A stretch of DNA of 64,000 nucleotides. Source: Chiloscyllium plagiosum (taxonomy: Eukaryota). The translations under genes were made by a program, and so were the position numbers. The stretch is taken from NCBI RefSeq assembly GCF_004010195.1, contig NC_057749.1:23480999-23544998 (forward strand), in the 5' to 3' direction. The notes below the pieces were generated by a model. It saw only the letters and a list, made by a program, of their open reading frames with translations. It was not told where the DNA came from and made no database searches. How positions within the stretch are numbered: position 1 is the stretch's first letter; every line of letters begins with the position of its first letter. Shown here in pieces: positions 63,401-64,000 of this stretch.

Positions 63401-63472
63401 TAATTGCACTACATGGAACATGAGAAAAGAGCTCTTCTGCTTGTTCACCTGTTTTGTTAATTCTATTACAAC
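3298..63472 (-). CDS. VPS13C: VPS13C (bridge-like lipid transfer protein), internal part: 24 coding exons, 4260 nt / 1420 aa; gene extends beyond both window ends
   Basis: Exon peptides match vertebrate VPS13C as I recall it (e.g. FSLDTVGSYGCVKCP, YSPYWIINKTSRVLQYR, RNLLPYSLRY, LACPFLREKRG, DINLKAPVII); all exons GT-AG, phases join to one open frame. Confidence 0.95.
4148..4269. repeat. Inverted repeat arm A (122 bp), partner at 5909..6030
   Basis: Hand alignment to the reverse complement of 5909..6030 gives 4 mismatches and no gaps. Confidence 0.95.
4372..4590 (-). mobile_element. tRNA-derived SINE
   Basis: Minus strand has box A-like TAGCTCAGTTGG and box B-like GGTTCAATTCC. Confidence 0.65.
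5473..5862 (-). CDS. VPS13C: VPS13C exon (390 nt, phase 0/0) ATAEINELAEGSSADVL...YSPYWIINKTSRVLQYR...NIFSKNK
   Basis: Overlaps ORF 5410..5787; cag acceptor, AAG|GTGTGT donor; VAB-region peptide. Confidence 0.94.
5909..6030. repeat. Inverted repeat arm B (122 bp), partner at 4148..4269
   Basis: As for arm A; begins 46 nt into the intron from the exon acceptor at 5862. Confidence 0.95.
6165..7578 (+). mobile_element. Penelope-like retroelement (Neptune-type), 5'-truncated and frameshifted: RT C-terminal part, GIY-YIG endonuclease and 3' terminus
   Basis: YTDDCIG, KFTWTIS..LPFLD, YLDYTSS..CKNAISYSQFLR; Cys linker CHCRKCKTC; NVNYFIHCIRCGLLYIRE; hammerhead-like CTGATGA..GAAACATC at 7477..7504. 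Confidence 0.9.
7679..8198 (-). mobile_element. About 520-bp non-coding retro-insertion (putative non-autonomous LINE derivative) inside an old CR1 fragment
   Basis: Minus strand starts CTTCCAAGATGGCGG and ends GTGACAATAAACC..; flanked by TAAACA at 7673..7678 and 8199..8204. Confidence 0.6.
10138..10435 (-). CDS. VPS13C: VPS13C exon (298 nt) GQLFLKPSG...WKEELHRS...RNLLPYSLRYMLE
   Basis: Overlaps ORF 10042..10428; aag acceptor after a pyrimidine tract, GAG|GTGAGT donor. Confidence 0.93.
10496..10820 (-). repeat. Tandem trimer of about 120-bp tRNA-like (Pol III box A/B) units
   Basis: AATCAACCTGTTCAG at 10496, 10614 and 10735; minus strand has TGGTGCAGTGG and GTTCAAG(A/T)CC. Confidence 0.75.
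11645..11835. mobile_element. Short fold-back PLE-terminus insertion
   Basis: Internal inverted repeat; 15-bp TSD TTTCTTTACATGTTG at 11630..11644 and 11836..11850; related to the PLE 3' end at 7470..7575. Confidence 0.9.
12643..12764 (-). CDS. VPS13C: VPS13C exon (122 nt) IKNHFSVSFIIYKF...PEEEFHVPLDSY(R)
   Basis: aag acceptor, AG|GTGGA donor, phase 0 to 2. Confidence 0.92.
13525..13685 (-). CDS. VPS13C: VPS13C exon (161 nt) PYDYTEEASIPVAKPGRRLYNV...IIIRSPLQ
   Basis: Inside ORF 13474..13686; cag acceptor, CAG|GTAAT donor. Confidence 0.93.
14379..14643 (-). CDS. VPS13C: VPS13C exon (265 nt) AFSAGTASTFDYSLKDQVPYTLKNALG...RQESSLFSLTV
   Basis: Inside ORF 14299..14739; cag acceptor, G|GTAAGT donor. 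Confidence 0.93.
14825..15510 (-). mobile_element. Two adjacent CR1 (HER1-like) LINE 3' fragments
   Basis: ORF MRGMDRINRQGLF...GNFITERVWHVWNELPEE...FKRHLDGYM is a CR1 ORF2 C-terminus; second 3' end at about 15200..15510. Confidence 0.85.
16030..16515 (-). mobile_element. Old SINE-like repeat (related copies near 24680..25000 and 44080..44340)
   Basis: Shared core like CTGCC.TC.TTACC.G.CTG.CCT.CATG.GACT.CAG in three dispersed copies; family not named with confidence. Confidence 0.6.
16214..16357. mobile_element. Short fold-back PLE-terminus insertion (diverged)
   Basis: 13-bp TSD CTTTTACGATAAC at 16201..16213 and 16358..16370; inverted arms. Confidence 0.85.
17375..17530 (-). CDS. VPS13C: VPS13C exon (156 nt) MKTNMGQDTALVPGDDFF...LNITVSKCSLSVLDVLAK
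   Basis: Inside ORF 17354..17635; cag acceptor, AAG|GTAAA donor. Confidence 0.92.
19256..19345 (-). CDS. VPS13C: VPS13C exon (90 nt) VLYYNEMSAVWEPLLEQVAGGQKRWSLTFQ
   Basis: Conserved VPS13 YYN..WEPL motif; cag acceptor, CAG|GTAAT donor. Confidence 0.93.
20043..20302. mobile_element. Tigger/pogo-like non-autonomous DNA transposon (MITE), degenerate
   Basis: TA|CAGTAGTCCCC start and ..CTG|TA end; internal GAAACCGCGGA-type motif; right TIR decayed. Confidence 0.55.
20378..20605 (-). mobile_element. Solo LTR (228 bp)
   Basis: TG..CA ends; flanks CTATC/CTATT; reverse-complement homolog of 25722..25938. Confidence 0.75.
20795..21700 (+). mobile_element. Degenerate CR1 LINE (RT C-terminus to 3' UTR)
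   Basis: KYADDTKI, WQMEFNVGK.EVMHFG motifs with stops and frameshifts. Confidence 0.85.
22772..23137 (-). CDS. VPS13C: VPS13C exon (366 nt) VSPIILNTVMTIM...IQVTLECGHGHCTIPLLL...SDMTLE
   Basis: Inside ORF 22709..23170; cag acceptor, GAG|GTATT donor. Confidence 0.93.
23391..23483 (-). CDS. VPS13C: VPS13C exon (93 nt) VLQPCSLFLDFFEPSFGPQNISLKVEEIIVK
   Basis: cag acceptor, AAG|GTAAG donor. Confidence 0.92.
23958..24190 (-). CDS. VPS13C: VPS13C exon (233 nt) VDTPKQK...NPEVVFVANLSKADAPAL...LACPFLREKRGTNITT
   Basis: Inside ORF 23847..24227; cag acceptor, ACA|GTAAG donor. Confidence 0.93.
24575..24680 (-). mobile_element. PLE 3'-terminus fragment
   Basis: GGTGCTGGAAAAGCACAGCAGGTCAGGCAGCATC...CGTTTCGGGCAAAAGCCCTTCATC, same family as 11645. 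Confidence 0.8.
25141..25525. mobile_element. Fold-back, internally deleted Poseidon-type PLE insertion
   Basis: Homologous to 57925..59597; inverted termini; TSD GGT(T/C)CAACTAATT at 25128..25140 and 25526..25538. Confidence 0.85.
25180..25219 (-). ncRNA. Minimal type I hammerhead ribozyme motif (PLE-associated), sense to VPS13C
   Basis: cca-CUGAAGA-u-guuaccu(agua)agguaac-GAAA-CGUC-ugg: full core, 7-bp stem II, 3-bp stem I. Confidence 0.8.
25722..25938 (+). mobile_element. Solo LTR (217 bp)
   Basis: TGTAG..TTTCA ends, internal AATAAA, perfect 5-bp TSD ACCAC at 25717..25721 and 25939..25943. Confidence 0.8.
27137..27335. mobile_element. Short fold-back PLE-terminus insertion
   Basis: 16-bp TSD TAAAT(T/G)GAAAATATAG at 27121..27136 and 27336..27351; inverted arms. 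Confidence 0.88.
27770..28152 (-). mobile_element. CR1 (HER1-like) LINE 3' fragment
   Basis: DLIEVYKIM...GNFFTQRVVRVWNELPEEVV...FKRHLDGYM. Confidence 0.9.
28263..28495 (-). CDS. VPS13C: VPS13C exon (about 233 nt) MIEKKQDAQENVMIELRY...LCASVEFLLNVADFFIKAMP...
   Basis: Inside ORF 28219..28533; cag acceptor; phase-1 donor most likely G|GTTGGT (28263), alternative G|GTGGTT (28266). Confidence 0.87.
28974..29143 (-). CDS. VPS13C: VPS13C exon (170 nt) STDQLQRPEGSCLGEFRLHL...TCTLDDLRDGVEKVTQ(R)
   Basis: Inside ORF 28964..29293; cag acceptor, AG|GTTAG donor. Confidence 0.9.
32508..32596 (-). mobile_element. 89-bp PLE-terminus insertion
   Basis: 15-bp TSD AGCATTCTTTATTGC at 32493..32507 and 32597..32611; minus strand CTGAAGA..GAAACGTC. 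Confidence 0.88.
32663..32801 (+). mobile_element. 139-bp PLE-terminus insertion
   Basis: 15-bp TSD CATAACTATTTTCAA at 32648..32662 and 32802..32816. Confidence 0.88.
32845..32978 (-). CDS. VPS13C: VPS13C exon (134 nt) SPRVKAGDV...LKFDFKFESLSILLSTEGLKQ
   Basis: cag acceptor, CAG|GTAAGT donor, phase 1 to 0. Confidence 0.9.
33611..33764 (-). CDS. VPS13C: VPS13C exon (154 nt) VTVSQDDLTILLKILLENFGE...ANQCE
   Basis: Inside ORF 33603..33794; cag acceptor, G|GTACTT donor. Confidence 0.9.
33878..35160 (-). mobile_element. Rex1/Babar-clade LINE fragment (RT C-terminus and 3' UTR)
   Basis: KFADDTTVVGLIS, LNVDK..EMVVDFRR, LGVHLAEDLSWSLNT, IES.LSCCITAWFGNC, typical of Rex1-type ORFs. Confidence 0.85.
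35478..37100 (+). mobile_element. CR1 LINE, truncated and internally deleted
   Basis: KSPGPDGIYPR, NYRPVSLTSVVGK, QHGF..CLTNLIEFF..VDVIYMDFRKAFDKV, WQIVFNPDKCEVMH. Confidence 0.92.
35855..36021. mobile_element. Short fold-back PLE-terminus insertion nested in CR1
   Basis: 14-bp TSD TCTATCCCAGGTTG at 35841..35854 and 36022..36035; about 39-bp arms around a GAGG spacer; CTGAAGA..GAAACATC at 35989..36016. Confidence 0.92.
37628..37752 (-). mobile_element. HE1/V-SINE 5' fragment
   Basis: Reverse complement of the SINE head seen at 60848. Confidence 0.75.
39119..39637. repeat. Imperfect inverted repeat (39119..39252 / 39512..39637) enclosing a CR1 3' fragment
   Basis: GGTGGATGGAGGGATGAGAGCAAAGA..ATCACAGTTTTGTCAATCACAGAAGA and its reverse complement. 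Confidence 0.85.
40958..41105 (-). CDS. VPS13C: VPS13C exon (148 nt) TILQKDSMQPDFLILQPVNM...WYHKIPGMEINGDLKAMN
   Basis: Inside ORF 40931..41131; cag acceptor, AAT|GTAAGT donor, phase 2 to 0. Confidence 0.92.
43250..43920 (+). mobile_element. Ancient PLE remnant (GIY-YIG region)
   Basis: KQRFTCTSYNLVYW...GLQYSG resembles the PLE endonuclease N-terminus; many stops. Confidence 0.6.
44778..45082 (-). CDS. VPS13C: VPS13C exon (305 nt) NFFDNFQAAKEALSAATAQAAEK...DINLKAPVII...QLKLS(R)
   Basis: Overlaps ORF 44684..44965; tag acceptor, CG|GTATG donor. Confidence 0.93.
45783..46087. mobile_element. GC-rich insertion with one Tc1/mariner(Tigger)-like end
   Basis: Interrupts CR1; ends TCGGATAATCGAGGTTCCCGG|TA; local IR 46027..46039 / 46063..46075. 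Confidence 0.5.
46427..46754 (-). mobile_element. HE1-type V-SINE, full length, nested in CR1
   Basis: tRNA head TGGCTCAGTGGTTAG / GGTTCGATTCC, V-domain GTCTGCGTGGGTTTCCTCCGGGTGCTCCGG, CR1-like tail. Confidence 0.9.
48479..48646 (-). CDS. VPS13C: VPS13C exon (168 nt) IVSIIGDEVFSFKM...DMSKVDG...GCIQLVYLHKFFMSLL
   Basis: tag acceptor, TTG|GTAAGT donor, phase 0 to 0. Confidence 0.93.
50855..50960 (-). mobile_element. 3' terminus of a third PLE family with hammerhead motif (50904..50935)
   Basis: Minus strand cac-CTGATGA-agcagtgctcc-GAAAGCTA-gtg followed by AATAAA. Confidence 0.7.
51257..51360 (-). CDS. VPS13C: VPS13C exon (104 nt) (G)MDASVAVLSKQIDLFARLKDVVVTDVGSKTLHKK
   Basis: tag acceptor, AAG|GTAAG donor. 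Confidence 0.92.
52049..52440 (-). mobile_element. PLE 3' fragment, same family as 6165..7578
   Basis: Reverse-complement similarity to 7215..7560; hammerhead core mutated (GAAT). Confidence 0.88.
52536..52649 (-). CDS. VPS13C: VPS13C exon (114 nt) SLDRAVDVFDLKFSVELGALNIFVCDEEFDIADIKIQ(G)
   Basis: tag acceptor, G|GTAAA donor, phase 1 to 1. Confidence 0.9.
53758..53911 (-). CDS. VPS13C: VPS13C exon (154 nt) VAFSSLDLILHSQALL...ETVTKA
   Basis: Inside ORF 53732..53926; cag acceptor, G|GTAGG donor. Confidence 0.9.
54169..54510 (-). mobile_element. HE1-type V-SINE, diverged
   Basis: Same layout as the 46427 and 60848 copies. Confidence 0.85.
56374..56433 (-). CDS. VPS13C: VPS13C exon (60 nt) ADRNGPRFKTSYDSTEQTLT
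   Basis: cag acceptor, ACT|GTAAGT donor, phase 0 to 0. Confidence 0.88.
56760..57350 (+). mobile_element. Degenerate CR1 3' fragment
   Basis: EYCIQFW, GDL..MFKI, SIQGFKKELDHYL remnants. Confidence 0.65.
59323..59466 (+). mobile_element. 5'-truncated HE1 SINE with (TAATC)n tail nested in the PLE arm
   Basis: Matches 61020..61160; pentamer tail. Confidence 0.85.
59491..59530 (+). ncRNA. Minimal type I hammerhead ribozyme motif (PLE-associated), antisense to VPS13C
   Basis: cca-CUGAUGA-u-guuaccu(agcc)agguaau-GAAA-CGUC-ugg; predicted cleavage after C59527. Confidence 0.82.
60576..60655 (-). CDS. VPS13C: VPS13C exon (80 nt) (D)SNSKPLNLISSSDEPGSDLLKVQYIK
   Basis: cag acceptor, AAG|GTAGA donor, phase 1 to 0. 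Confidence 0.9.
60848..61160 (+). mobile_element. HE1-type V-SINE, full length
   Basis: GGGCGGCACGGTGGCTCAGTGGTTAGC head, box B GGTTCGATCCC, V-domain, tail GGGCCGAAGGGCCTGTTTCC..(AATCT)n. Confidence 0.92.
63316..63472 (-). CDS. VPS13C: VPS13C exon (157 nt) VVIELTKQ...QLGTETKVRKFDLSATAYLRKIALNCCEFT
   Basis: cag acceptor, G|GTGGGG donor, phase 0 to 1; hand-translated, not in ORF track. Confidence 0.9.
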
Positions 63473-64000
63473 CTGGAATTACAACAGAACATAGATACTA
63501 GTCACAACAAAAACTATTGAGTATTTAATTTAAATTACTTCACTTACACTACTACATTTGATTGTTAAGTGTAATCCAGTTAATATGTACTTCTAAACGA
63601 AGAATGTCTTCAACGTTTCCTGTTTTATCCCATTTACTTTGCAGGATAAAGCTGTGGATATACTCAGACATTGTGAATGCTGCTTGCCCTGGTCAGAAAG
63701 CATTAGGATAAGCCAGGTGATGGCAGTATTACACAGCTAAACTGTAGTTCCAACAGTGGGAACAAATTATACATATCTGTACAATTAAAACCAAGGATCT
63801 TCTGCATATTTATGAGAGAGCTTCTAATGTTGCTCATTATACAGACCAACCAAATAGGCCAATCCAATCCAAAAATGAATTCACATTACACCAGATATCA
63901 ACTTGCTCATGAAAAAAAAATTGTGAACTTTTTTTAAACACCACTTAATCAACTGTGATACTGCAATGCAGTCATGACAGCCTGCAGTATTATTTGAGGT

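Noticed and set aside
3298..63472. Assignment as VPS13A
   Set aside because: Peptides such as GTASTFDYSLKD, WKEELHRS and VKHAADFRD match my recollection of VPS13C rather than VPS13A; reciprocal BLAST would confirm

Overview
Eukaryotic, AT-rich, intron-dominated DNA, almost certainly from a cartilaginous fish (HE1/V-SINE-type SINEs, CR1/HER1-like LINEs and Penelope-like elements; a carpet/bamboo shark is my inference). The whole window lies inside one large minus-strand gene, VPS13C (bridge-like lipid transfer protein). I resolved 24 consecutive coding exons from 63472 down to 3298, all with GT-AG boundaries and matching phases. They splice to a 4260-nt open frame (1420 aa) running from the central repeated groove region into the VAB region; start and stop codons lie outside the window. 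Introns hold CR1, Rex1/Babar-like and Penelope-like (PLE) retroelement fragments, SINEs, two solo LTRs and Tigger-like remnants. The most notable structures are four. (1) A 122-bp, 4-mismatch inverted repeat of apparently non-TE sequence brackets a symmetric 390-nt exon (candidate circRNA, skipping or ADAR element). (2) PLE insertions from two families recur in a fold-back form with both 3' ends outward, 12-16 bp target-site duplications and minimal hammerhead-ribozyme motifs, some in the pre-mRNA sense. (3) The VPS13C repeat unit looks intermediate between the two human internal-duplication copies. (4) A tandem trimer of tRNA-like Pol III units sits next to a splice acceptor. Family assignments come from recalled motifs; no searches were run.
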